NCBI GenBank assembly: GCA_964016885.1
Contig: OZ024743.1
Coordinates: forward strand, 375,410,001 to 375,474,000
DNA from: Eledone cirrhosa
Taxonomy: Eukaryota
Length of the DNA stretch: 64,000 nt
Direction of reading: 5' to 3'
The translations under genes were made by a program, and so were the position numbers. Within the stretch, counting starts at the first letter, position 1. Every line of letters begins with the position of its first letter. A model generated the notes under the pieces. The model was not told the DNA's origin, searched no databases, and worked only from the letters and a program-made list of their open reading frames with translations. Positions 29,412 through 42,800 of this stretch are shown here, in pieces.

Positions 29412-29769
29412 CCGGACCATCAATAATGACTGCAAATATATTTATCGCACTCAGGTTTTAAATTAAATGGACCACAAAATCAAATATGGCGGTGTTAGTT
29501 CGTATCATTCACAGTTTACAAATGTTGTTTACATTCTTGTTGTAAATGATTCACTGGACATTGTGTTCTCATAGAATCAAAGAGTATCCAAGAGTTGATA
29601 AAATATTTCGTGGCCAAACTTCTGTAGTCTTTACAGATAAACTAAATTCTGTTCATTCGTTTATTCAGCTCACCTAATGTGTGTCAGCATTTACAGAGAG
29701 AAGTGATGTTCTTGATGTTCTCTCTCTTTCACTCACTGCCTCCATCTCTCCTGCTCTTCCCATCTCCGT

Positions 29770-30090
29770 CAATTATAAGCAAATGGGAGTCCGCACGCTG
29801 GCTGCCTGCGGTCCTGGCGGACATAATAAAGAAGGCTTTTCCCCGGATGATGGTGAGGGAGACGTGTTGGAAGAGCCATTCCAGCTCGTGAGGCTCACAC
29901 CTGCGGGTAGCCAACTCCGTGCTGATGGTGGTGAGTAGCGAGGTGGTCCTAGGGCCAAGGATACCAGAAGTCTCCACTGCTACGGGCTCGACCGCAAACC
30001 TGTCGGAAAGCGACCGATATTTGGAGAGTTTCCCCTCCTCAGCTCGAATACATTCTGTTCGCACGCCATGGGATACCGCATTTATGTCTC
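29770..30090 (-). pseudogene. CRE-like non-LTR element, C-terminal endonuclease fragment
   Basis: AEEGKLSKYRSL...VEPVAVETSGILGP...EPHELEWLFQHVSLTIIRGKA: typical RLE C-terminal motif. Confidence 0.7.
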
Positions 30091-30419
30091 GAATATGTGG
30101 AGGAAGAAAAATAGATGAAAAATAGAAAGCTACGTAAAAAGCAAAATTTATTATATAACAATCAAGGAAAACTTCGTGCAAATTATAATCTCATTTTTAT
30201 TTGCACTACAAAAGGTTAACATAACATTACTACAGAGAAGGAATTATATAGGCAATAAATCCAACGTTAATTACAATAAACATAATCTAATGTAGTGCGT
30301 GTATTTGTTTTGGTACAATTATTTATAAATACTAGGCTAAATTGCAAATACTTTGTGAATACATAAGTCTCTTGCATCTAAAGACTACTTAATAATCATT
30401 CGTGCATTCTTCTTTTTCT

Positions 30420-30632
30420 TCGCCCACTTAATCATGTGAGGGTCGTGGGGACAGAGTCCTTAAACACTCCTTCCAGTGGGTCCTGTCAGAAGTAACCATC
30501 TCCAACTGATACGGCTAAATCACCAAGAGACACCAGCCAAGCTTATGGATGTTGTCCAGCTATCTTGCCGTAACATCTGTCCAGCGATTCTTTCCTGAGA
30601 CATTCTAACCACATGCCCATATTACCGGAGCT
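30420..30632 (-). mobile_element. RTE-like LINE 3' fragment
   Basis: LR*YGHVVRMSQERI...DRTHW motif; decayed. Confidence 0.5.
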
Positions 30633-30673
30633 ATGATCTCTCATTTCGGAGAAGTGGTGGTTCTACCTGAAGT

Positions 30674-30868
30674 CAGACCTGTCAACACTCTCCGTCCGAC
30701 GGGGAGATCGCCCACACACTTTGGAGTGGTTGAGAGATGTCTTCTCTTGTGAAAATGGGTATAACTTTCATTATGTAAAATCTCCCCATTTTGCCTCATT
30801 TCTCCCCGTTTTGGGGTACTTTTTTTCATGGTACTCTCCGTTTGGGATTTTTGAGGTTGGCAGGTCTG
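30674..30868 (-). mobile_element. MITE, second copy
   Basis: TIRs CAGACCTGTCAAC / GTTGGCAGGTCTG; reverse complement of 24937-25133. Confidence 0.7.
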
Positions 30869-31209
30869 TGGCGTGACTCTGATCTCTGAGCTACACTTCT
30901 ACTAAGTAACATTACTCCAAACACCCTTCGGAGGAACCCCTATTCGTGTCTTGAACAGACATCATAGTCCAAGAAACAGAAAGCAGGAAAGACTGACAAG
31001 AATACAAAGCAGGCTGACATATGGCGGAGAATAGTTTAGAAAAGTTTTCAATATCTTTAAAACTTCATTGGGGTTTCGATAACCAGTTGTCACGTGACCG
31101 AAACTTATTAAAATATTCTAAAAGAGCCCTTTTCGGTTATAACCATCCATGGATTTTATATACACACGCACTGAAACACTCACAAAGATATATGTATGTA
31201 TATATATAG

Positions 31210-31294
<85 letters not shown>

Positions 31295-32090
31295 GATGAA
31301 GGACTAGCGTCCGAAACGTTAAGACCCTCTTCCTGCTATATCAAGCGTTAACCTAATATATACCTTCCATATACTGAACGGATCGTGTTGTTATTTCTGT
31401 TTACCTTTTACATACATATACATATATATATATGACTTCTAACCAAAATCTCCAAACATCCGTGGAACTTACCAACTTTTCAACCATCCTCTTACACCAT
31501 CACCTATACAACTCACCCACACACACACCCAACAAAAAAATTTTCTAATCCACACGCCACCCACACCCACAACACGCTTAAACCACACACACGTGCTTCC
31601 CACCACATATTTACACCCTCCGCCTCCTGATTCCTCTCCCCCCACCCCCCTATCCACACACGCACAGACACTCCGACCCACAAAAACACCCCCCACACAC
31701 ACCTTCCTGAACATGCAACCCCGTTCTTCCCCCAACCCTCACTTTCACATACACACACACACACACACACGCACACCTAACCACACACACCACCTTCAGC
31801 CCTCCCCGCTCGGACACCCCGTCTCCCTCTCCCCACTCCACCCGCCACCACCCCTACTCACCCCACACCCTTCCACCACCTGTTTATCCCCCTTTTAATT
31901 TCAGTTTATTTTGATCATGCCTTTATTTTTTAATTTTCTCATTCCTTGTATTTTGATCATGCTTTATTTTTATTTATTATATTTTTTGTCTTTATTTGTT
32001 AATTTTTCATTCGCACCGTTTCCTTTCGCTATATGTCTCTCCACCACTCCCCTACACACCTTTTGAACTCTGTTCCCACACACTTCTCAC

Positions 32091-32120
32091 CTGAAGAAGG
32101 GCTTATGCCCGAAACGTCGT
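32091..32120 (+). ncRNA. Hammerhead core in a CA-rich PLE pseudo-LTR remnant (~31430-32210)
   Basis: CUGAAGA-a-GGGC-uuau-GCCC-GAAA-CG-UC; stem I is only 2 bp. Confidence 0.5.
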
Positions 32121-32285
32121 CCCCCACCTACCCCCCACTCTCCTGAGCGTGAATTTAATAAACATTTATCGTACTGCCTCTCTGTTCTGTCCCTGTTCAA
32201 TTTTTCATTATATATATATATACATACATATATATGCATATACTTACATACATACATACATATATACATACATACATACATATAC

Positions 32286-32340
<55 letters not shown>

Positions 32341-32343
<3 letters not shown>

Positions 32344-32541
32344 GGAACCAGTAAGACCCCGACAGCTGAGCTCAAGCCGTTTCGACGGCTAATTCTGGAC
32401 TCAGAGTCCAGAATTAGCCGTCGAAACGGCTTGAGCTCAGCTGTCGGGGTCTTACTGGTTCCTATTACCCACTCTACTACCTCAAGTATTGAGTACTTTG
32501 GTGCGTTATGGTCCACCTGGTTCCTTACCACATTTCCTTCG

Positions 32542-32543
<2 letters not shown>
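32341..32543 (+). mobile_element. Perfect 125-bp palindrome (62+1+62) plus tail, within (TA)n
   Basis: Arms are exact reverse complements; same family as 16086-16292. Confidence 0.75.
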
Positions 32544-32593
<50 letters not shown>

Positions 32594-32936
32594 GTGAGGT
32601 TCTTTTACAAAATGAAAAATAACCGAGGTGTCCTACACGAGTGAAAGTATAAAGAAAAAAAGATGAAATCGAAATTGCAACTGGAGTCTTATTTTTTTTT
32701 AAATATATATATTTATTTGGTTCCTTTACCAGTTTCGCACTTCTGCTGCTTTTCCAAAGTAGAGTTGAGATGGAGGGTCTGTGGATTTTCTCACATCTGG
32801 TTTGTCTCTGATTGTTACTTGTTTTATATGGAAAAAGTGGCTCGAAATGCCAGGTTTTTCGAGAAGTAATTTGATTGGTTGGTCAATAATTATAATAAAT
32901 TTCGCGCCAGTTCGCGTTACAATATATATATATATA

Positions 32937-33845
32937 TGGTGGCTTCACACTCGTTTTCGAGTACGGCCACTACTTTATATCCATGTAGGAGAACTCCTAC
33001 CGATGCGCTGAACGAGTGTGACTTTTTAGTCCAGCCAGCGACTTGAAAACTCTGGTACAAACACAACACTTGTGACAATTATTGACACATAGTGCTGGGC
33101 CCATGGTACCCTGTGACGACAAGTGCAGAGAGATCTCCAGATATAAAGCAATGCCTGTGCTGTGAAGCTTTTATAGTGAGCAAGGGCACTGCACAAAGCC
33201 AGTCCCACTCTCTTAACCAAGATGATATTTACCAAAAAGAAGAACAAGTCAACATCATTGGATACCATCAGGGTTGCAGGTGTTATATCAGAGTTTTCCT
33301 TCTCCTAGAATTCTGCCTTGACAAAGGCTAAGGGGTCATCTCTGCCGGTGATTTTGGATGGCCATTGACTCTTAAGAGCTCCTTTGCCCTTTGACAGGTT
33401 TTATTTTTAGTCCTGCAGGATGTCCAAAGTCACCCTCCTCACCAAGAAACCTTGGTGGGGTTGCCAGTTTAGTCGCCAACGACCCGACCATGAGACAGGT
33501 TGTATGTAAATATACATACATATATACTTACATATATATACATACATATATACATACATATATATATACATACATATATACATACATACATATATATATA
33601 CATACATATACATACATGATGGCTGCCCCCTCATTATCGAGTATGGCCATTGCACGATATAACATTATTAATAATTCTCAATTAATGCCTGTGCGTGAAG
33701 ATTTTTTTAAAGTGAGGAAAGACTGTGCACTGAACCAATCCCACTCTCTGAGCGACAGTAGCTATAACCCGAAAAGAAGAAAAGATCAACATCATCGGTA
33801 ACTACTGAGCCGCAGGTTTTATATTGGAGTTATCCCAGTTTCCTG
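32937..33845 (+). mobile_element. Repeat A - (TACA)n - repeat B (truncated), second occurrence
   Basis: High similarity to 18441-19700. Confidence 0.75.
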
Positions 33846-34363
33846 TGTGTGTGTGTGTGTGTGTGTGCATTCATAAAAACGCAAAATTGACAACAATGGG
33901 ATTTGAACTCAGAAAGAAAAGGGACATAACTGAATACCATACGCTGTCCGTTCTGCCAATCCACCATACTTCGTATTCTAAAGATTAGTATCAATTTTGT
34001 TTCCTCTAAAACTACTTACGTCTGGTTAATCTAGTTTCCATTCTCTAAACGTTTATGTTTGTTTGTCAACAACTTTTTACATATGATTTATGTCCCTGCT
34101 CTGTATGACAATGTTTTACTAATGTAGGAATATATGTAATGTTATGGATGTTGATTTGCCAAGATATGTCGTAAACATTGAAACATGGACATGTATTAAA
34201 TTTACAAAATTTTATTTACATATATATATATATATATATATATTAGAGCAAAAATCACGAGCACTCTATCTCAAAATTATTTTTGAAAAGCATAAGAAAT
34301 GCGCAACCGGTAAAAACTCAAAACTAAAACTGAATACTAACTAATACTTATTACTAATTTATA

Positions 34364-34546
34364 GGTGGATTGGCAGTATCGGTAGAGGGTCGGACGCCAT
34401 GCTTTGACGCATAGAGTTACGGTCCTTGCCATTCTGAGTTCAAATCCCGCCGAGGTTTACTTTGCCTTTCATCCTTACGGGGTCGATAAAATAAAGTACC
34501 AGTAATTCACTGAGTAATTGGTGGCCTTGTGCCAAAAGTAGAAACA
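34364..34546 (+). mobile_element. tRNA-derived SINE with a 14-bp TSD
   Basis: A/B boxes; ATTACTAATTTATA at 34350-34363 and 34547-34560. Confidence 0.9.
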
Positions 34547-34626
34547 ATTACTAATTTATACTTATTCCTAATTAAACTATTTTTCACTGGGAAAAGTTTG
34601 TCAGCATTTTCTTTTCCTTTTTACTA

Positions 34627-34662
<36 letters not shown>

Positions 34663-34701
34663 ATGAATATGTATATGTATATATATATATATGTGTGCGT
34701 G

Positions 34702-34733
<32 letters not shown>

Positions 34734-34809
34734 CAAACGATATACAAAAAATTCTCTTTCATATATCTAATTGAGAAACAACTAGTATCATATACATATA
34801 TATGACAAT

Positions 34810-34993
34810 AATTGTTTCTACTTTTTGGCACAAGGCCAGCAATTACCCAGTGCATTACTGGTACTTTATTTTATCGACCCCGTAAAGATGAAAGGCAAAG
34901 TTAATCTCGGCGGGAATCGAACTCAGAATGGCAAAGGCCGTAACTATGCTGGAAAGCATGGCGTCCGACCCTCTACCTATACTGCCAATCCAC
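34810..34993 (-). mobile_element. tRNA-derived SINE, inverted relative to the 34364 copy
   Basis: Reverse complement of the same family consensus. Confidence 0.85.
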
Positions 34994-35426
34994 GACAATA
35001 ATAAATGCACGCAGTTGTAGAAAGAATCAAATCAAGGTTGTCTAAAGTTCACTTATACGGCCGTTTTATGAGCTACAAAATACACTGTTTATAATCGATC
35101 TACTGTTTGGGTTCAATCCCCAAACATCGATCTTATTAATAAACCTTGATAAGACCATGGACCCTCAATCATCAGTAAATGTTAAAGTCTTACTATATAT
35201 ATATATATATATATCTCACTGTACTATAGCTAATCCACGCCCCAAGGAAGATGATCGAATAAACCAATATATTCCAGAAGGAAGATACCACATGGTTGGT
35301 TAGATTAAATCTATACATATAAAACGTATATTGATTAAATCACTCAAGAATTTAAATCCAGAGCATAGAATGTATTTAAGCTCAATGAAAGATTATCTAG
35401 ATGAGAAATAAGTACATACATATAAT

Positions 35427-35643
35427 GATTTCTTATATAGGCAGAAGGCCAGTAATTTGGGGGTAGGGGAAGTCGATTAAATCGACCTCAGTACGTTACT
35501 GGTACTTTATTTTATCGACCCCGTAAGGATGAAAGGCAAAGTTGACCTCGACGGGATTTGAACTCAGACCGTAAAATGGTGTAACTCTATGCTGCAAAGC
35601 ATGGTGTCCGACCCTCTACCGATACAGCCATTCCACCGCCCAC
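35427..35643 (-). mobile_element. tRNA-derived SINE with a 17-bp TSD
   Basis: AAGTACATACATATAAT at 35410-35426 and 35644-35660. Confidence 0.88.
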
Positions 35644-36234
35644 AAGTACATACATATAATAATAAGAAATAATAAATTTACTCAAATGAAGAATGAATAG
35701 AGCCAAACATTTACCAAACTTCTCGATCGTCTCACTTAGGTAGATAACTGATTAATTGTACAGTGTGAGATATATATAGTGAACCTAACACTTATAGGAA
35801 ATGTTTGGTAAATGCTTGGATCGGTTCATTCTTCATGTGAGCAATTTGTCTTCATATTTTAGTTGTGAGCGCATTTATATATCAGTGTCATATCACGTTA
35901 GAATATATAAAAACATTATGACCAAATGTATATGGTATAATCATGAGTTTTACTGTATAAATTTGAAATATATGTTTTCATATAAAAGCATGAATGCAGA
36001 AACCATGCAGATACTTCAAAAAATATTTTGAATACACATTCTTATTCATTGTTATCGCAATACTCATAGAATTAAAGGGGGTTAATATCATTACCCGATG
36101 AATAATAACAATATATTTATGTGTGTGTGTGTGTGTGTGTGTTAAGTGTGTAATAAAGTTTGTACATATGCTGCAATGCTGACTTCGACTCATATATATA
36201 TATATATATGATGTATGTATGTATATGTAGATAT

Positions 36235-36757
36235 GTCAGGTCCCTCTCGAGTGCTACTGGTAACGTGTAACCCAGTACAACCTGTCCCATTGTCGGGTCG
36301 TCGGCGACTAAAGCTAGCTTGGTGAGGAGGGTGATATATGGACACCCTGCGGGATGAAATACAAAACCCGGCAACGGGCGGAGGAACTCAGCAGAGTCAA
36401 CGGCCATCGAAATAGTTTGTATTTTTTTTGTTTTGTTTTTTTTCATCTGGGAGTGAAAGGCCCCCAGTTATTGTCACAACACCTTTCTAGGAGAGGGAAA
36501 CTCTGAAAAAAAAAACCTGCGGCTTCGGAAGCATTCGATGATGTTGACCAGTTCTCCTTTTCGGGGAGTGTTTTGGCTGCTCAGAGAGTAGAATTGGTCG
36601 AGTGCAAGGCCTTTCCCCACTTAAAAAAACCTTCAAAGCACAGGCATTGCTTGTTCAGGATCTGTTACAGGTTCATGTTGCTGGCCGTAGCCTAAAAGTT
36701 CACCATCTTCTGTAATTTGACAAGCTATTGTAATACTCTTAGCAGAGTTTGCCACCA
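36235..36757 (-). mobile_element. Diverged copy of the repeat A/B family
   Basis: Reverse complement of ttagtcgccgacgacc.gac.atgggacaggttgtactggg.tacac.ttaccagtagcac and of other family blocks. Confidence 0.7.
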
Positions 36758-36839
<82 letters not shown>

Positions 36840-36999
36840 CAAACTATTTGAGTAACAATACACGTTTTCTTTCTGAGAAAAACATTCTTCCCGTTTTCTT
36901 TCTTCTCTTACTCTCCTTTATCTTTCTATTTCTTCTTCTATCTCTCATTTCCGGTGACAGACTAACTTCCGAAACGTTAAGATTCTTTGGTTAAATCAA

Positions 37000-37590
37000 T
37001 CTCAGTACCTGACTGGTATTTTATTTTATCGAACCCGTAAGGAAGAAAGGCAAAGCTGAGCTCGGTGGGATTTGAACTCAGGGTGTAAAAAGCCAAAACA
37101 CTGGCATTTTGCCCGACGCTCTACCAATTCTACCAATTCTGTCTATTCACCAGTGCAGATGTTTCTAGAAGTATTGGTTTCTAATTTAGGCACAAAGCAA
37201 GCAAATTTAAAGGAAGGGCAAAGTTGATTAAATAAACCCCAGGCGCGTGGCTTTGTGGTTAGAGTTGGATTCTCAATCGTGAGGATGCGAGTTCAGTTCT
37301 CAGACCGGGTGATGCGTTTTGTCCTTGAGCAAGGCACTTTATTTCACGTTGCTCTCTCTGCCAGGATTTGCGACCGGTAGATAGTATTAGCATTGGAAGG
37401 ATCAGTGGAAACAGTGTTTCCTTGGTCCGATTTGTAGAGGTCCACCGTACTCAGCGAATGAGGTCTGGGATCTTGTCGATCGATCAGAGAGAAGAGAAAG
37501 ACTTGACTTGTACTTTATTTTATCGATCCTGGAATAATAATAGACAAAGTTGACCTCGGCGCGAATTGACCTCAGAATGTAAAGTGTCAC
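37000..37590. mobile_element. SINE cluster: family-1 fragments (-) and a second tRNA-SINE family head at ~37243-37355 (+)
   Basis: TGGCTTTGTGGTTAG...GAGTTCAGTTC...gtccttgagcaaggcacttt; a reverse copy of family 2 lies at ~61845-61968. Confidence 0.7.
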
Positions 37591-38048
37591 AGCAATTACC
37601 GTAATAGCTAAATGCCTCACCATCTCTTCTAAAATTATTGAGCTTCATTAAAAGTCGTTAAGATATGTTTTATATTAATAATCATACTTTTCTCTCGGCA
37701 ATACTAGACAAATACGATTAGGAATATAAACTTTAGGTAAATAAACGCATATATGTGTGAGACTGAGTGTGTGTATGTAGGCGTGTGAGTATGTAGATGT
37801 GTGCGTATGTGTGTAGCTGTATGTGTATGTTTGTCCATGTATGAGGGTAGAGGAAAGAATGAAGGTAGATAGCTAGCTAGATGGATAGATATACAGATAG
37901 ATAGACAGATATATAGATAATGAGAGTGTGAAGTAGAGGTGGGAAAGAAAAATTAGAAGAATGGGATATTGTTCAATCATATGCATTTAGAGGTACGTTT
38001 GCTTGCATAAATAACCCTCTCTGTCTCTTTCTTTTTCTCTCTTTGTCA

Positions 38049-38164
<116 letters not shown>

Positions 38165-38420
38165 GACGAGAGATATGCAGTCCATTTAGATAATGGATTT
38201 GCAGGTTGTTTTCTGTTTAGCACCACGGGTAACAGTTAAGTGAATTACCTATTTACAGAAATAACTATTAATCAGAAGACACACACACACATACAGAGAG
38301 AGAGAGGGGGGAGAAAAAGAGAGGGGGCGAGGGAGAGAGTGTAATCATTTCGGGACGAAGCTTTTCAATAACTATAATCGACTGATAATACTTGATAATA
38401 CTTCATAACATTATTATTAT

Positions 38421-39178
38421 TGGATTGGCAGTATCGGTAGAGGGTCGGACGCCATGCTTTGACGCATAGAATTACGGCCCTTGCCATTCTGAGTTCAAAT
38501 CCAGCCGAGGTTAACTTTGCCTTTCATCCTTACGGGGTCGATAAAATAAAGTACCAGTCACGAACTGGGTCGATTTAATCGACTTTCCCCCCCCAAAAAA
38601 AAAAATTGCTTGCCTTGTGCCTATATAAAAAACCATTATTAGTTCCGGCTCTTTACATTCAAATCCCGCCGAGTTCAATTTTTCTTTTCATTCTTTCAAG
38701 GTGGCTAAAATAAAGTACTAGTCAAGTACTGGGGGTCGATTTAATAGACTTCTCCCTTCCACTACTAGCCTTATGCCTAAAGTAGAAATCATTAACTGTC
38801 ATTATAATTAATTCAATCTTATAATAATACCCTAAATTGTTTGTTTTAAGATTTCAATGAAGGAAAAAAGATTTTTTTTTTTTGTTCGTGAGCCCGCAAT
38901 CGACTTTTTCAGGCGCAGGAAATAAGTGTAAATATAGGGAGATGCTATAAAATAGATTAAATACGCTTAGAGTCGGAAAAAAGATAGTCAGACACCATGC
39001 TTTGCAGCTTAGAGTTACGGCCCTTTATGGTCTGAGTTCAAATCCCGCCGAGGTTAACTTTGCCTTTCATCCTTACGGGGTCGATAAAATAAAGTACCAG
39101 TAATGCACTGGGGTCGATTTAATTGACTTTCTCCTCCCCCCAAATTACTGGCCTTGTGCCTATTGTAGAAATCATTAT
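38421..39178 (+). mobile_element. Three nearby tRNA-SINE copies (38421-38640, 38641-38792, ~38965-39178)
   Basis: Family consensus repeated; a further partial copy at ~40197-40338. Confidence 0.85.
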
Positions 39179-39529
39179 CATTATTTATTAATGATAATAC
39201 TTAATAATATTTAATGATGGTTTTTTTTTTAACAAAAATGACAGCAACAACAACAACAATAACAACATGAACAACAACAGCATTAACAATAGCTACAACA
39301 TGAACAACAACAGCATTAACAATAGCTACAACATGAACAACAAAACTTTTCAGGAATGGCTGCTAAAGCCACCGAAATGTTCAATTTGGATATTTTGAAG
39401 AAAGACACCTGTTTGGCACAACCAGCCAAATTTGTGAAATTGTATAAAACTAGGACCAAGACAGCCGCCCCGCCCCAGGTGTAGACACCAGCTGCCAAAA
39501 AGACGCTTACCTATAAATGTGTTTCGAGT

Positions 39530-40155
39530 TAAACTCTATTGGCGTGAGTGCGGTTAGAAGGACTTGTTCGAGATGCGCGCAAAGAGACGAAACCGTTCTG
39601 CACGCACTCGTCCAGTGTCCGTGCATTACTGACTTGTGGAGTTTTGACGAACATTTATTATCACTTGTGTGGTGGATCCGGCTATCGACCGAGTCCATAG
39701 TGAAGATCACCCCACCGCCTTCTTTTAGCCTGGAAAGGCAGGCAGCTTTCCTCTGCCTGGTGGCTGTAGCGAAAGAGGTTTTCTGGTGAACGAGGCTGAA
39801 AGGACTGAAGATATGTTCCCTTTGTATAAGTGTGTGTATGTAACATGCGTTGGGGTAAATAAATATATACATATACACCAGATCCGAACATAAAGGAACC
39901 AAACTCCCACTGTCACTGCCTCTGTCTTTCCTGCTCCCACCATTAGAGTGAATGGGGGCTTACGCGCTGGCCGCCTCAGGCCCCGGTGGACAGACTAGTG
40001 AAGGCATTTCCCCTGAGGAAGGTGGGGGAAACGCGCTGGAAATTCCACTTGGAAAGGAAAGTGAGGGCGAAGAGGGAAGTGTTACCACTCCCACACCCTA
40101 CCCGCAGTACAATTGTTAAAAGGTGGGTGAATGTAGCGAGGATGGTCCGTGTAAA
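39530..40155 (+). pseudogene. L1/Tx1-type LINE ORF2 C-terminal fragment (zinc knuckle), interrupted
   Basis: CSRCAQRDETVLHALVQCP..W motif (CxxC..E...HxxxxC), AKEVFW*TR; apparent continuation FHLERKVR...KRW at ~40040-40150. Confidence 0.65.
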
Positions 40156-40399
40156 TGGGGATTTCCCATTGGGGAATTTTCATTATTATTTGATATATCC
40201 CGCCGAGGTTAGCTTTGCCTTTCATCCTTACGGGGTCGATAAAATAAAGTAACAGAAACGCACTGGGGTAGATTTAATCGACTACCCACCCCACCCCCGA
40301 GAAAAATGCTGGCTTTGTGCCTAAAGTAGAAACAATTATGCCAGCCCTTGTGGCCAATAAAGAAATGATTGTTGTTTTTAATTATCATTACAATTTTTT

Positions 40400-40467
<68 letters not shown>

Positions 40468-40657
40468 CGTAGTAGTAGTCATAGTAGTAGTAGTAGGGAA
40501 GATTAATTTTAATTCCGTGTTTCCAGTGTACATTCTGAGTGCATTTCTGTGTGCCCAGGGGACGAGCAATGTTTTGTTTTGGTATTGAATGTGATCTGCG
40601 TAATATATGTGTACTGTCTAACAGTGCTATTTTCTGTATCGTCTGTCTGTGGTGTCA

Positions 40658-40741
<84 letters not shown>

Positions 40742-41214
40742 GTGGGTGCGAGGATGTGTGTGTGTGTGTTATCAGGACTAATGAGTTCTTGCGGATAATT
40801 TATAAGTAGATTTCCATCATGTATATTTAATATTATCAGAAACTATTCAACTGCCAACAGATCTCTATAAAATCAATCAATTGCACAGAAGTTACCATTT
40901 CCCATTCTCCATTCTCCATTCCAATCTTCCAATCTACCAATCAATACACTGGCCACGACTTCTCTTCCTCTTAGCATTATCTTACTGCAGAAGCTTTCGA
41001 AATGTTGGTATAGTACTTGTTGCTTCGCAAGTAACATAGTTTTTCAGTCGTGTGTTGGAACTGAAGCGATTAGATTGTGGAAGTGGAAGTTGTAGTTTTT
41101 GTTTAAGTGGAACTGTGTCAATGGCCAGTTTATAAAGAACGCATTGAAATCTTTTCGACACCATGTAACAAATAGTAAATGTAAAGTGAATTTAACAGTT
41201 TGTATGTATGTGTG

Positions 41215-41249
<35 letters not shown>

Positions 41250-41805
41250 AAGTGTGTGTGTATGTGTGTGTGTGTGTATGTGTAAGTGTGTGTGCGTATG
41301 TGTGTACCTGTTTGTGTGTTTATCGAATAGCTAAAAGAGCTCTTCTACATTTTAATTGCTATTTCAAGGCAACTTTTTTCGATTTGGGAAATCGTTTTGT
41401 TTAGTGGTGATAGTTTTAAAACCTTTAATAAGTGTGTTGGGGTGTTGTTGTTGTGTGTGTATTTGTGTTTGTCTGTGTGTGTTTGTTTATTTCTCTGTGT
41501 GCCTGTGTGTGTGTGTGTGTGTGTTTGTTTCTGTGTGTGTGTCTATGAGTTTATATATTGTAACAAATCACAAACTTGACGCTGGTAGAATTGGTCTTTT
41601 ATTACTGTTAGGCGAGATGGGAAGGCCTGCGCTTGTGACCCTTATCGGGGTCTCCGAGACTGTACGAAAAGAAGGGGAAATATCCTCAAACTGGAGACCT
41701 GTCCAAAAAGCTTGCAACAAAGTGGACTCCGCGGGCCAGGTAGTGGTTGTGCTAAAATCAGGTGATCATCTATTGAGTAAAACCACCAAACTGGATACTT
41801 TAAGA

Positions 41806-42146
41806 CAGGAGCGTGCAACAGCCGGCCCGTGAGCCACAATCCAGCCCCCCAGACCAGTCAGAGTGGCCCGCAATGACCGTTTTTTTTTTTTTACCTGATA
41901 ATTTTAGGCTTATTTAGAATAATTTATTTCGTAACCGTAATACAATTTTCTATTAGTTGACCTATACCAAGTACCAAGTCTCACACTAATAAAGCTAAAT
42001 TATATTTTATTTGTCTTTATTGTTTAAAAATGTATTTATGACTGAATTCACTGGTTTTCATTAGATTACATATTTTTGACAGTGACTGGCCCTAATAGTT
42101 GTTTTAACGTTCAGTGGCCCGCCAATGGAATATGTTGCACACCCTG
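41806..42146. mobile_element. hAT (Charlie-like) MITE
   Basis: TIRs CAGGAGCGTGCAAC / GTTGCACACCCTG, internal GGCCCG motifs, degenerate 8-bp TSD CTTTAAGA / CTTTAATG. Confidence 0.7.
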
Positions 42147-42489
42147 CTTTAATGCATCTGTCTGGTACAGAAAACTCAGTGTTTGAGTATAAATCCCAAG
42201 GGTCTGAAGTGGCTACGATGTTACTCTCTTACTCCTTTGTCGTTAAATAAAATAATTAACCAAGAATACACTAGAACACATCCAATTAATACATCCTATC
42301 CCTACAATATTTCGTCTTCTGCCTTCTAACCAGTCTAAAGAAACTAATAATGTTATTAAAACTCTCTACCAATATTTGGAATAATTATATTACTTTCTCT
42401 TGTTTATTTATTTCTGTCGGTTTCATTGATCTTAGTCATTAAACTCATTATCACACTAAAGATATACATTTTAATCTAACATACACGTG

Positions 42490-42536
<47 letters not shown>

Positions 42537-42545
42537 CACTCTCTC

Positions 42546-42576
<31 letters not shown>

Positions 42577-42800
42577 TTCGCTCTCGCACTCTCTCACTCT
42601 CTCACTCTCTCTCACTCTCTCTCACTATCTCTTGCTCTCTCGCATTCTCTCTCTCTCTCTCACTCTCACTCTCGCTCTTTCTCTCTATCGCTCTCTCTCT
42701 CTCGCTCTCTCTCTCGCTCTCTCTCTCGCTCTCTCTTCTCTCTCTCTCTCGCATTCTCTCTCTCTCTCTCGCTCTCTCTCGCTCTCTTATCTCTCCTCCT
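42490..42800. repeat. Degenerate (CT)n microsatellite
   Basis: Directly visible. Confidence 0.9.

Noticed and set aside
34364-34450. tRNA genes at SINE heads
   Set aside because: A/B boxes are present but there is no cloverleaf; each is fused to a SINE body, often with a TSD.
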